The position numbers and the translations under genes were made by a program. A stretch of 64,000 nucleotides of DNA from an uncultured Eubacteriales bacterium (lineage in GTDB: Bacteria > Bacillota > Clostridia > Christensenellales > UBA1242), in NCBI GenBank assembly GCA_900551855.1, contig URXM01000003.1, forward strand, positions 11,895 to 75,894, in the 5' to 3' direction. This document shows, one piece after another, positions 46,332 through 55,978 of the stretch. Under the pieces are notes generated by a model that worked only from the letters and a program-made list of their open reading frames with translations, ran no database searches and was not told where the DNA came from. Numbering within the stretch: the stretch's first letter is position 1; each line of letters begins with the position of its first letter.

Positions 46332-47864
46332 ATGAATTTTGAACAAGAGTTTAATGCCGAATTTGGCGACAAATATAAAGATCTTCAACTTAAAGATGTT
46401 GTTGTAAAAAAGCGTGATGGAGAGTGCATCATAACTTTTTTGTATCCTTCAACAGTTAAAGAACTCTCAGATGATGAAAAGAAAGAAATTACAAATTGGT
46501 TGACATCAAATTTAAACTTTGAAAAGATGAAGTTGAGAACTAAATTTATGCGTGTTTTTCTTGAAGAGAGATTGATAAGAAAAGCAATACACAGTTTTTT
46601 TGACAACAAATACAAACTTGTGACGACTTATTTGAAAGACGAATATATTGCTATAAAAATCACATCAATAGATGTTTTGGTTGATGTTGAAGTAAGTCCA
46701 AGAATGAACGAATTTTTTGCAGAACACAAAATCACAACAGAACTTGTAAAATTTTTGAAAGACAACTTTTTGGTTGATTTTGTCATCAATATAAAAGAAA
46801 ATCCAAATTTTGTTGATGAAGTTGACATTGATAATGTTGAAATGAAAACCAGATATAAAGTTGCACAAAGATATAATGTTGAGATCATTAAAGACATCAT
46901 TGGTCACGACATTACTCCAAAACCAGAATATCTTTCTTTTATTACTTCACCAAAAAATTCTGTGATTGTCGCTGGATACATAAAGAAGATAGAAAGAAAA
47001 GAGTTTATCAGAAAAACTGGGAAGCATGCAGGAGAACCAAAGGCATATTACAATTTTCAAATTGCTGATGGAAAAGGGAAAATCGATTGCATTTATTTTT
47101 CTCCAAAGAAAAACGAGAAGGATATGGATGCATTGGAAGAATATATGTATGTTTTGCTTCATGGTGATGTGAAATTGAATCAGTTGAATAAACTATGCTT
47201 GTATGTTGACAAGATTGCACTCGCTACGGAAGTTGCAAAAGAAGAAGAGGAGAAAAAAGAAGAATTTAAGCATGAAGGTCCAGTTGTGAAAGTTGAAAAA
47301 TTGACTGCATTAGAACAAGACACAATGTTTGAACCTGTTGACAAATACAACAAAAAGATTATGGGACATACTATTGTTGTTTTTGATATTGAAACAACTG
47401 GACTTGATCCTGCAACAGATCAAATCATTGAGCTCGGTGCTGTTAAAATTGAAAATGGAAACATTGTTGAAAAATTTTCTACATTTGTCAAGCCAACAAA
47501 AAAACTTGGTTATGAGATTGTAAACCTTACTGGCATAACTGACGAAATGCTGGAAGATGCTCCACCAATTGATTTGGTTATTAAAGACTTTTATGAGTTT
47601 TCAAAAGGTTGCATACTTTGTGGGCACAACATTATCGGATTTGATATCAAATTTATTCGCAGAGAAGGCGAGAATGTTGGTTTAAGTTTTGACAATGAAA
47701 TCATTGATACTTTAAACGAAGCAAGAATGTCTAAACTTAAAATTTCTAGGTTCAATTTGGGCACGGTTGTCAAAGCCTTGGGGCTTACTTTGGAAGGTGC
47801 ACACAGGGCTTGGAACGATGCTTTTGCAACGGCACAAGTGCTTTTGAAACTTAATGAAGTTTAG
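46332..47864 (+). CDS. PolC-derived protein: PolC N-terminal domain + OB fold + DEDDh 3'-5' exonuclease, without PHP or polymerase domains
   Basis: Exo motifs VVFDIETTGLDP (ExoI), CGHNIIGFDIKFI (ExoII) and HRAWNDAFATAQV (ExoIII), all close to the PolC exonuclease. The OB-like segment VIVAGYIKKIERKEF...DCIYFSPKK parallels the PolC OB fold. The gene sits between rseP and rimP, where polC normally lies. Confidence 0.7.
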   Translation: MNFEQEFNAEFGDKYKDLQLKDVVVKKRDGECIITFLYPSTVKELSDDEKKEITNWLTSNLNFEKMKLRTKFMRVFLEERLIRKAIHSFFDNKYKLVTTYLKDEYIAIKITSIDVLVDVEVSPRMNEFFAEHKITTELVKFLKDNFLVDFVINIKENPNFVDEVDIDNVEMKTRYKVAQRYNVEIIKDIIGHDITPKPEYLSFITSPKNSVIVAGYIKKIERKEFIRKTGKHAGEPKAYYNFQIADGKGKIDCIYFSPKKNEKDMDALEEYMYVLLHGDVKLNQLNKLCLYVDKIALATEVAKEEEEKKEEFKHEGPVVKVEKLTALEQDTMFEPVDKYNKKIMGHTIVVFDIETTGLDPATDQIIELGAVKIENGNIVEKFSTFVKPTKKLGYEIVNLTGITDEMLEDAPPIDLVIKDFYEFSKGCILCGHNIIGFDIKFIRREGENVGLSFDNEIIDTLNEARMSKLKISRFNLGTVVKALGLTLEGAHRAWNDAFATAQVLLKLNEV

Positions 47865-47933
47865 TTTTGATGTGAGTTTCTTGAAAATATTCGATAAATC
47901 AACTTAAAAATCATAAATTTATGTAAAATTGTC

Positions 47934-47962
47934 TTGCATTTTATATTAAATTGGGTTATAAT
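47934..47962 (+). promoter_or_regulatory. sigma-A type promoter of the rimP-nusA-infB operon
   Basis: TTGCAT, a 17-nt spacer, then TATAAT. Confidence 0.5.
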
Positions 47963-47979
47963 ATTTATATCTTGACAAG

Positions 47980-48012
47980 GAGTGGGCAAAACTTTTGCTC
48001 ACTCTTTGTATT
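47980..48012 (+). promoter_or_regulatory. leader hairpin / candidate attenuator upstream of rimP
   Basis: Stem of about 10 bp, GAGTGGGCAA...TTGCTCACTC, followed by TTTGTATT. It lies between the promoter and the rimP RBS. Confidence 0.4.
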
Positions 48013-48036
48013 AAGTGGACAATTTTGGAGGTTTAA

Positions 48037-48495
48037 ATGGCAAAAATAAAACAAATTTGCGAAGAAAAACTCAGACCTGTTATTGAAGAAATGGGTTATG
48101 AATTGGTCGAAGTAAGTTATGAAAAGGAAAACGGTGGAATGTCTTTGATTTTCATCATTGACAAAGATGGTGGGGTTACTGTTGATGACTGCGAAGTTGT
48201 AAACAAAAAAATTGATCCAATTCTTGATGAATTGAATCCTACTGACGACAAACCTTATACACTGGTTGTGAGTTCTCCTGGACTTGACAGACCTCTCAAA
48301 ACTGACAGAGATTTATCTCGCAATTTAGGAAAAGATGTTGATGTCACATTGTTTTCTAAACTTGATGGCAAAAAGTTGTTTACTGGTGCTCTTGAAAGTT
48401 TTGATGAAAAAGTCATTGTGCTTGACTTGGGAAAAGAAAAAATTAGTTTAGACCGAAATAAAATTGCATCAATCAAACTTGTTATAAAATTTTAA
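48037..48495 (+). CDS. rimP: ribosome maturation factor RimP
   Basis: The motif LVVSSPGLDRPLK, the size, and the position upstream of nusA. Confidence 0.85.
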   Translation: MAKIKQICEEKLRPVIEEMGYELVEVSYEKENGGMSLIFIIDKDGGVTVDDCEVVNKKIDPILDELNPTDDKPYTLVVSSPGLDRPLKTDRDLSRNLGKDVDVTLFSKLDGKKLFTGALESFDEKVIVLDLGKEKISLDRNKIASIKLVIKF

Positions 48496-48509
48496 GGAGA
48501 AATTAAAAA

Positions 48510-49697
48510 ATGGTAAATAAAGATTTTTTCAAGGCTCTTGACGAACTTGAAGCTGAAAAGAAAATTAACAAAGATGTTTTTATTCAAACTTTGGAAACTG
48601 CATTGACTTCTGCTTATAAGAAGATGTATGGTGAAGCTAAATCTGCAATGGTTAAACTTTATCCAGAAAGAAACACAATCAGAATTTTCTCTTACAAAAC
48701 AGTTGTTGGCGAAGTAGAAGATCCTGACAAGCAAATCTCTTTGGAAGATGCTAGACAACTTAAAAAGTCTTACAAAGTAGGCGACATTGTTGCTGTTGAA
48801 GAATCAACAAAAGATTTTGGAAGAATTGCTGCTCAAACTGCAAAGCAAGTAGTTATGCAAAAACTTAGAGAATTGGAAAGACAAACTGCTATCAGTGAAT
48901 TGGCTGAAAAAGAAGATGAACTTTTGACAACTATCGTTAAAAGAGTTGATGACGAAAATGTTTATGTTCAAATCGCTGGAACTAACACTGAAGGCGTTAT
49001 GATGAAAAACGACCAAATCCCTGGCGACAAATTTAATGTTGGAGACAGAGTTAAGGTTTATGTTAAGAAGATTAAAGATTCTTTCAAAGGTCCTCAAATT
49101 CAAGTTTCTAGAAGCAATATTGGTTTCGTAAGAAAATTGTTTGAATTGGAAGTTCCTGAAATCGCCAGCGGGGAAGTTAAGATCAAAAACATCGCAAGAG
49201 ATCCAGGAAACAGAGCAAAGGTTGCTGTTTACTCTGACAGACCAAATGTTGACGCTATTGGTGCTTGCGTTGGAAATAGAGGAACAAGAATCAACACAAT
49301 CGTAAACGAATTAAACGGCGAAAAGATTGACCTTGTGGAATATTCTGATGATCCACTTGAATATATTGCAAGAGCACTTTCTCCAGCAAAAGTTCTTTCT
49401 GTTGAAACTAATGACAGTTTGAATATGTCTCAAGTTATTGTTCCAGATGACAAATTGTCTCTTGCTATTGGTAAACAAGGACAAAATGTTAGACTTGCTG
49501 CAAAACTTACAGGCTGGAAGATTGATGTTAAACCTGAAAGCTATTTGAAACCAAAAGCAGAAGTTGACAACACTGATGTTGATTACGAACTTACAGAACT
49601 TTCTGATGACAGTTCTTTTGATATGGGAGACTTGGAAGAACTTGAACCAATCGACAGTGATGTTGATCAAGTTGAAGACTCAAACGATAAAGAATAA
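48510..49697 (+). CDS. nusA: transcription termination/antitermination factor NusA
   Basis: NusA N-terminal domain, S1, and two KH domains ([12 protein letters not shown] and [23 protein letters not shown]), with an acidic tail. Confidence 0.95.
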   Translation: MVNKDFFKALDELEAEKKINKDVFIQTLETALTSAYKKMYGEAKSAMVKLYPERNTIRIFSYKTVVGEVEDPDKQISLEDARQLKKSYKVGDIVAVEESTKDFGRIAAQTAKQVVMQKLRELERQTAISELAEKEDELLTTIVKRVDDENVYVQIAGTNTEGVMMKNDQIPGDKFNVGDRVKVYVKKIKDSFKGPQIQVSRSNIGFVRKLFELEVPEIASGEVKIKNIARDPGNRAKVAVYSDRPNVDAIGACVGNRGTRINTIVNELNGEKIDLVEYSDDPLEYIARALSPAKVLSVETNDSLNMSQVIVPDDKLSLAIGKQGQNVRLAAKLTGWKIDVKPESYLKPKAEVDNTDVDYELTELSDDSSFDMGDLEELEPIDSDVDQVEDSNDKE

Positions 49698-49705
49698 AGC
49701 GAGGT

Positions 49706-49981
49706 TTGTTTATGCAAAATAAACCAAAAGAAAAAATAAGAATGTGTATTGTTTGCCGTGCTCAAAGCGACAAAAAAACACTACTTAGAATTGTTAAAAA
49801 CAAAGAAGGACAAATCTTTGTTGACAAAACGGGCAAGGCAAATGGAAGAGGAGCTTACGTTTGCAAATCAAAAGAATGTTTTGAAAAACTTTGCAAGCAA
49901 AAATCTTTGAACAGAGCGTTCAAGTGTGATGTTCCTCAAAGTGTATATCAAATGATTGGAGAAGAGATTGGAGAAAATTAG
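49706..49981 (+). CDS. ylxR: YlxR/RnpM family (DUF448) RNA-binding protein
   Basis: Motifs RMCIVCR...LLRIV and GRGAYVC. Confidence 0.85.
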   Translation: MFMQNKPKEKIRMCIVCRAQSDKKTLLRIVKNKEGQIFVDKTGKANGRGAYVCKSKECFEKLCKQKSLNRAFKCDVPQSVYQMIGEEIGEN

Positions 49982-50261
49982 TGGGTTGATTTCCATAGCG
50001 AGAAAAGCTGGCTATGTCATTATAGGGCAAGACAACTTGTCAGATTATGACAAAAAAATGTATTTGCTTTTGATGGACAAAAATGCTGGCAGTTCGCTTT
50101 CAAGGGAGATGAAATTCATTTCTGAAAAGAAAAAAATACCTTTGTTTCAAGTTGAAAATTTGGGAAAACTTGTTTCAATAGAAAATTGCAAAGCCATAGG
50201 CATAAAAAATAAGGCGATAAGCGAAAACATAATTGAATGTTTGTTAAAAGGAGAAAAATAA
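49956..50261 (+). CDS. ylxQ: L7Ae-family ribosome-associated protein YlxQ
   Basis: The pattern GLISIARKAGYVIIGQDN and the position between ylxR and infB. The start is uncertain: TTG at 49956 or TTG at 49968. Confidence 0.7.
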   Translation: MEKRLEKISGLISIARKAGYVIIGQDNLSDYDKKMYLLLMDKNAGSSLSREMKFISEKKKIPLFQVENLGKLVSIENCKAIGIKNKAISENIIECLLKGEK

Positions 50262-50262
50262 T

Positions 50263-52824
50263 TTGGCATCACAACAATTAAACGCACTTAAAACAATAAA
50301 CAACATACAAAGAGATGGTTCTTTGCAGAATTTATTATTGTCAATAAAACAAGCAAAGGTTGACATTGATACTTTTTCTAAGTCTATGCAAGAGCAGAAG
50401 ATCAAGCTTCAAGCTGAACAAATAGCAAAGCAAAAAGAAGAAGAAAAGAGAAAGGCAGAACTTGAACAGGCAGAAAAGGCTAAAGAAGCTGAAAAATTGC
50501 AGAAAGAACAAGAAAAAGCTGCTGTTGTAAAAGAACAACCAAAAGTTCAGAAAGAAGAGCCAAAGATTTTCTCTCAAGGAAACAATCGCAACAACAACTT
50601 TAGAAAGTTTGATGGGCAAAACAACAATCGTTTCCAAAGAAACAACAATGGAAACTTCAACAATCAAAACAATCAACAAGGCAAATTTCAACAAAGAGGA
50701 AATTTTGCTGGAAACAACTTTAATAGAAACAACAATTTCAACAGAAATGGTCAGGGGCAAAACGGACAAAATCGTTCAAAGAACAACTCTTTTGTTTCTA
50801 CTAGAGCAAACAATTTCAAATCTTTTGCACCAGTGCCTACAGAGAGCAGTGCAGTTTTAGCTCAACCAGAGCGTAATTTTGGGAATAAAAACAAACAAAG
50901 AAGAAATATTGACGAAAGCAAGAGAATTAGTGCAAGACAAAGAGCAGGATTCTCAAAACAAAACAATATTTTGGTTATGGACGAAGACGGTTTTGAAGAA
51001 ACAACAATGGGTTCAAGAAAACTTATAAAGAAGAAGAAAGAAGTTGCACCTGTTGTTGCTCCAACAATCACACATGCAGTTTTGACTTCAAGAGAAATCA
51101 CTGTCAAAGAATTGAGTGAAAAGATTGGAAAACCTGTTGCTGAAATCGTTAAAAAACTTATGATTTTGGGAATTATGGCAACAATCAACAGCACTATTGA
51201 TTATGACACTTGCGAACTTGTTGCAAGCGAACTTGGTGTCACTCTCGAACTTAAACTTGACAAAACTTATGAAGAAAAACTTATTGATGCTTCAAAAGAA
51301 GAAGATGATGACAAAGACTTGGTAAAAAGACCTCCAGTTGTCACTGTTATGGGTCATGTTGACCATGGTAAAACTTCCCTTTTGGATGCATTTAGAAAAA
51401 CTAATATTGCTATTGGTGAAGCCGGTGGAATCACTCAAAAAATTGGTGCTTACCAAATTTCATTTAATGGCGAAAAGATAACATTTATCGACACGCCAGG
51501 ACACGCAGCATTCACTTCTATGCGTGCTAGAGGTGCTGAAGTCACTGATATTGCCATCCTTGTTGTTGCTGCTGATGATGGTATTATGCCTCAAACTCTT
51601 GAAGCTATCAGTCATATCAAGGCAGCAAAAGTGCCTATGATTGTTGCTATTAACAAAATGGATAAACCAGAAGCTAATGCTGAAAGAGTTAAACAACAAT
51701 TAGCTGAACATGATGTTTTGCCAGAAGAATGGGGTGGAGATGCAATTTGTGTTCCTATTTCTGCAAAAACAGGTATGGGGCTTGATGAACTTAAAAAGAT
51801 GATTTTGCTTGTTGCTGAAATGGAAGACTTGAAAGCTAATCCAAACAAAATGGCTACAGGAACTGTTATTGAAGCAGAACTTGACAAAAATAGAGGGGCT
51901 GTTGCAACTGTTCTTGTTCAAAACGGTACTTTGAGAGTTGGTGACTCTATTATGTCTGGTATTACTTACGGAAAAGTTAAGGCAATGTTTGATGAAAATG
52001 GTAAATCATTAAAGAAAGCTGGACCATCTACACCAGTTTCCGTTATGGGCTTTAACGAAGTGCCAAATTCAGGCGATGCTGTTTATGCTGTTGATGAAAG
52101 CTTGTCAAAACAAGTTATCAATGAAAGAATCAACAAAATCAAACAGGAAAGAGCTAAACACACTTCTGGTGTCAGTGCTGATGACTTTATGTCAAGAGTT
52201 CACGAAGGTAGCCTTAAGAACTTGAACATAATCATCAAGGCAGACACTCAAGGATCTGTTGAAGCTTTGAAAGCTTCTTTGGAAGCAATTAGAAATGAAG
52301 AAGTCAAGGTTGTTTGTCTTCACAGTGCTGCGGGTGCAATCACAGAAAGTGATGTCATTCTTGCACAAACTACTGGGGCAACAATTATTGCATTCAATAT
52401 CAAAACTTCAAGCAAGATTTCGCAAATGGCTGACAGCTTGAAAGTGCCAGTGATTGAATCAAAGATCATTTATGAAGTTGTTGACCAAGTTACAAGACTT
52501 TCAAAAGGAATGATGGCAATTAAATATGAAGAACAGTATATTGGAAGTGCTGAAATCAGAATGATTTTCAAATTGTCTTCTGCCGGGAAAATTGCTGGAA
52601 GTTATGTACTTGATGGAAAAATCCAAAGAAATGGCATCGCAAAGATTAAGCGTAAGAATGAAATCATTGGTCAAAGCACAATTGAGTCTTTGAAGATTGT
52701 TAAAGATGAAAAGAGTGAAGTTGCCAAAGGCTTTGAATGTGGTATTAAACTTAAAGATAATATCGATTTCCAAGAAGGCGACATTTTGGAATGCTATATC
52801 AAACAAGTTGTTAAAAGAGACTAA
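50263..52824 (+). CDS. infB: translation initiation factor IF-2 (with Asn/Gln-rich N-terminal region)
   Basis: GTPase motifs [14 protein letters not shown] and NKMD. TTG start. 853 aa. Confidence 0.95.
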   Translation: MASQQLNALKTINNIQRDGSLQNLLLSIKQAKVDIDTFSKSMQEQKIKLQAEQIAKQKEEEKRKAELEQAEKAKEAEKLQKEQEKAAVVKEQPKVQKEEPKIFSQGNNRNNNFRKFDGQNNNRFQRNNNGNFNNQNNQQGKFQQRGNFAGNNFNRNNNFNRNGQGQNGQNRSKNNSFVSTRANNFKSFAPVPTESSAVLAQPERNFGNKNKQRRNIDESKRISARQRAGFSKQNNILVMDEDGFEETTMGSRKLIKKKKEVAPVVAPTITHAVLTSREITVKELSEKIGKPVAEIVKKLMILGIMATINSTIDYDTCELVASELGVTLELKLDKTYEEKLIDASKEEDDDKDLVKRPPVVTVMGHVDHGKTSLLDAFRKTNIAIGEAGGITQKIGAYQISFNGEKITFIDTPGHAAFTSMRARGAEVTDIAILVVAADDGIMPQTLEAISHIKAAKVPMIVAINKMDKPEANAERVKQQLAEHDVLPEEWGGDAICVPISAKTGMGLDELKKMILLVAEMEDLKANPNKMATGTVIEAELDKNRGAVATVLVQNGTLRVGDSIMSGITYGKVKAMFDENGKSLKKAGPSTPVSVMGFNEVPNSGDAVYAVDESLSKQVINERINKIKQERAKHTSGVSADDFMSRVHEGSLKNLNIIIKADTQGSVEALKASLEAIRNEEVKVVCLHSAAGAITESDVILAQTTGATIIAFNIKTSSKISQMADSLKVPVIESKIIYEVVDQVTRLSKGMMAIKYEEQYIGSAEIRMIFKLSSAGKIAGSYVLDGKIQRNGIAKIKRKNEIIGQSTIESLKIVKDEKSEVAKGFECGIKLKDNIDFQEGDILECYIKQVVKRD

Positions 52825-52868
52825 GAATAAGGGTGTTTTATGCCCTTTTCTTATTTAAAGGAGTTATT

Positions 52869-53237
52869 ATGAGCAATAGAATGGAAAGAGCAAACAGCGA
52901 AATTCAAAGATGCTTGATTTCTATTATACAAACAAAAATGAACGACCCTAGACTTAATAAAATCGTAAGCATAACAGAGGTTAATGTCACACCTGACTTT
53001 AAGTATTGCAAAGCAAAAGTCAGTGTTGTAAAACCTGAAGAAGCACCAGAAATTGTTAAGGTTTTACAAAAGAGTGAAGGTTATATAAAAAGAGAATTGG
53101 CAGAAATGGTGAATATGCCTCAAGTGCCAAAAATCAATTTTGTAGTTGATAAAAGCACATTAAACTCAATCAGAGTTGAAGAAATTTTGAGGACTTTAAA
53201 TATTCCTGCTGAGGAGGATTCTGATGACAATAAGTAG
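52869..53237 (+). CDS. rbfA: ribosome-binding factor A
   Basis: The pattern RANSEIQRCLISII...DPRL...VSITEVNVTPDFKYCKAKVSV. ATG at 52869 follows an AAAGGAG RBS. Confidence 0.9.
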   Translation: MSNRMERANSEIQRCLISIIQTKMNDPRLNKIVSITEVNVTPDFKYCKAKVSVVKPEEAPEIVKVLQKSEGYIKRELAEMVNMPQVPKINFVVDKSTLNSIRVEEILRTLNIPAEEDSDDNK

Positions 53238-54198
53238 AATTTTAGCAAAAATTAAACTTGCTAAAAACATCGCAATTTTCACACATAGAAATCCAGATCC
53301 AGATGCTTATGGTTCTGTGTTTGCTATGAGAGAAATGTGCAAACAATTAAATGTCAATGCAGATATTTTTGCAATTAAAAACAAGGCAGGATATTTGGAT
53401 TGTATTTTTCCTCTCGGAGAGCTTAAAACAGATTTTAAGAGCGAAAATTATGATTTGGTTATTGTTTTAGATTTACATTTGTTGAAGCGTCTTGCTCCAG
53501 AGTTTATTGATGAAGTTTCAAAAAGCAAAAATATTATAGTTATAGATCATCACGCAGTTATGGAAGGCGACGGCGCTATGTCAAAAAATTGCTTGATTTA
53601 TGAAAACTATGCTGCAACTTGCGAAATTTTGACAGATTTTGCTGTGGAGAATGGTTTGAAAATCACTCCAACAATTGCTACATATCTTTACACTGGATTG
53701 ATGGGAGATACTGACAGATTTTTGCATAACAATTTGTCTAAACATGTTTTTGAAGTAGCTATGTTGTTGTATGACAAAAAAGCTGATGTTCAAAAGGTGT
53801 ATGACTATTTATATAGATATACAACAAAACAACAGTTGGACATTTATAGATTTATGCTTGATAATATGGTCTATACACAAGGTGGAAAGGGTGCTTATGT
53901 TATCTTTACCATTAAAGACTTGGAAGATATGAAGGCTGATCAAGAAGCTGTCAAGATTTATACCAATGATATGGTCAAAATCAAAGGTGTGGAATTGTCT
54001 TTTATGTGCATTGAATATAAGAAGAACTTCTTCAAATTCAGTTTGCGTTCAAACAACAATATAAACACTTTGAGATTTTCAACAAAAATGGGCGGTGGTG
54101 GACATTTGTGTGCTTCTGCCTTTGAAACTGATATATCTAAAAGACAACTTCAAAAAGTGTTGCCAAAATGGATAAAGGAGATTTTGAATGGAAAATAA
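53224..54198 (+). CDS. nrnA: DHH/DHHA1 phosphoesterase (NrnA-type oligoribonuclease / pAp phosphatase)
   Basis: Motifs HRNPDPDAYGS, VIDHH, GDTDRF and GGGGH. Confidence 0.8.
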   Translation: MTISRILAKIKLAKNIAIFTHRNPDPDAYGSVFAMREMCKQLNVNADIFAIKNKAGYLDCIFPLGELKTDFKSENYDLVIVLDLHLLKRLAPEFIDEVSKSKNIIVIDHHAVMEGDGAMSKNCLIYENYAATCEILTDFAVENGLKITPTIATYLYTGLMGDTDRFLHNNLSKHVFEVAMLLYDKKADVQKVYDYLYRYTTKQQLDIYRFMLDNMVYTQGGKGAYVIFTIKDLEDMKADQEAVKIYTNDMVKIKGVELSFMCIEYKKNFFKFSLRSNNNINTLRFSTKMGGGGHLCASAFETDISKRQLQKVLPKWIKEILNGK

Positions 54199-55054
54199 TT
54201 TTGTTGGAGAAATGAAAAGTGGAATAGTGCTGGTAAATAAACCAACAGGTATTTCATCCAACAAAGTTGTAAACATTGTTAAACACTCTTTAAAAGCCAA
54301 AAAATGTGGGCATTTGGGCACTTTAGACCTTGAAGGCGAGGGATTGTTGCCTGTGACGGTTAATGGGGCTACAAAGTTGTTTGATTACTTTTTAAACAAA
54401 ACAAAAACTTACGAAACGGTTTTTATTTTTGGGTTTGAAACTGATACGCTTGACACATCAGGAGAGATTATAAAGCGAAAAGAATGCCATATTCAAAAAA
54501 GTGATGTTGAAAAAGCAATAAAAAGTATGATTGGTAAATATGCTCAAATGCCTCCACTTTATTCTGCAAAGAAAGTTGACGGGAAGATTGCTTATAAAGA
54601 AGCTCGCAAGGGGAACAGTGTTGAACTTAAACCTAAACAAATTGAGATTTATGATTTCAAACTTTTAGAAGAGATATCTGACAATGTTTTTAAGTTTTCT
54701 ATCACTTGTTCAAGTGGAACATATATAAGAAGTGTGTGCAGAGATTTGGCAGAAAAATTATCAACCTATGGTAGTATGCAATGCATACTACGCACAAAAT
54801 GTGGCAAGTTTGATATAAAAGATGCATACTCTTTGGAAGATATAAAAAATGGCAATTTTAAAATGATTTCATGTGAAAGTGTGTTTGATTATTCAAAGAT
54901 GTCTTTAAGTGATGAAGTTGTTTTAAAATTGTTAAATGGACAACAAATCAAAACTAATGATGAAAATGGGAAATACAAATTATATAGTCAAGATGGTTTT
55001 GTTGGTGTCGGCGATGTTGAAAACAATTTATTGAAACTTATTATGAGGTTTTAG
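54188..55054 (+). CDS. truB: tRNA pseudouridine(55) synthase
   Basis: Catalytic motif GHLGTLD, plus PPLYSAKKVDGK and SSGTYIRS. Confidence 0.9.
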   Translation: MENNFVGEMKSGIVLVNKPTGISSNKVVNIVKHSLKAKKCGHLGTLDLEGEGLLPVTVNGATKLFDYFLNKTKTYETVFIFGFETDTLDTSGEIIKRKECHIQKSDVEKAIKSMIGKYAQMPPLYSAKKVDGKIAYKEARKGNSVELKPKQIEIYDFKLLEEISDNVFKFSITCSSGTYIRSVCRDLAEKLSTYGSMQCILRTKCGKFDIKDAYSLEDIKNGNFKMISCESVFDYSKMSLSDEVVLKLLNGQQIKTNDENGKYKLYSQDGFVGVGDVENNLLKLIMRF

Positions 55055-55063
55055 GAGGGATAG

Positions 55064-55945
55064 ATGGATAGAGCAGTTTTTGGACCTGCTGGAAATAGTT
55101 TGTCTTTTTATGAACAAGGACATAAATCAACTATGGAAACAGCTAAATGGTTGAAAGAGCAGGGGAAAGGCTTGTTTGAAGGTGGACTTGATTTGTTTGA
55201 ATATAGTTTTGGGCAAGGATACAGAATGAAAATGGAACTTGCTGAACAAATTGGAAAAGAATTTAAACAAAATGGAATAGAACTCTCTCTTCACGCCCCT
55301 TATTTTATCAACTTTGCAAATCCTGATCCTGTTATGTATGAAAAATCTCTTGGATACATAAAAACTGGAATTAAATTTATGCACGCTTTTGGTGCCAACA
55401 GAATGGTTTTTCATCCTGCTTCATGTGGAAAAGAAGTAAGAGAAAATGCTGTTGGGCTTATGACTGAAAGATTTAAAGAATTTATGCCAGAAATTGAAAA
55501 AGAACTAGATCAAGGTATGTTTATTTGTCCAGAAACTATGGGCAAAACTATGCAGATTGGTACTTGGAAAGAAATTATTGATTTGTGCACTATTTCTGAG
55601 AAACTTATGCCAACTTTTGATTTTGGACACATAAACGCTTTGACTCAGGGGACATTGAAAACTGTTGATGATTATCAAAGAATTTTTGATTATTCTTTTG
55701 AAAAGTTGGGAGAATACAGAACTAAAAATGCGCATGTTCATTTTTCAAAAATTGAATATGGACCAAAGGGAGAAATAAGACACTTGACTTTTGATGATAA
55801 GGTTTATGGACCAGAATTTGAGCCTTTCTGTGATTGTTTAATCAAAAACAATCTAAACTGCCATATTATTTGTGAGTCAAACGGAACTATGGCAGAAGAT
55901 AGTGTTATTATGAAAAATATCTATCTTGACAAAATTAAAAAATAG
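55064..55945 (+). CDS. TIM-barrel AP endonuclease family 2 (endonuclease IV-like) protein
   Basis: Ordered metal-ligand-like residues LHAPY, VFHP, CPET, DFGH, HVHFS and ICES, consistent with the Nfo/xylose-isomerase-like fold. Confidence 0.55.
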   Translation: MDRAVFGPAGNSLSFYEQGHKSTMETAKWLKEQGKGLFEGGLDLFEYSFGQGYRMKMELAEQIGKEFKQNGIELSLHAPYFINFANPDPVMYEKSLGYIKTGIKFMHAFGANRMVFHPASCGKEVRENAVGLMTERFKEFMPEIEKELDQGMFICPETMGKTMQIGTWKEIIDLCTISEKLMPTFDFGHINALTQGTLKTVDDYQRIFDYSFEKLGEYRTKNAHVHFSKIEYGPKGEIRHLTFDDKVYGPEFEPFCDCLIKNNLNCHIICESNGTMAEDSVIMKNIYLDKIKK

Positions 55946-55978
55946 GTGTATCTTATCTTTTGAATTGGTGTTATTTCT

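Noticed and set aside
52825-52868. Weak hairpin (AAGGG...CCCTT) between infB and rbfA as a terminator.
   Set aside because: The stem is short and the hairpin overlaps the rbfA RBS region. These genes are normally co-transcribed, so at most it is a processing or pausing signal.
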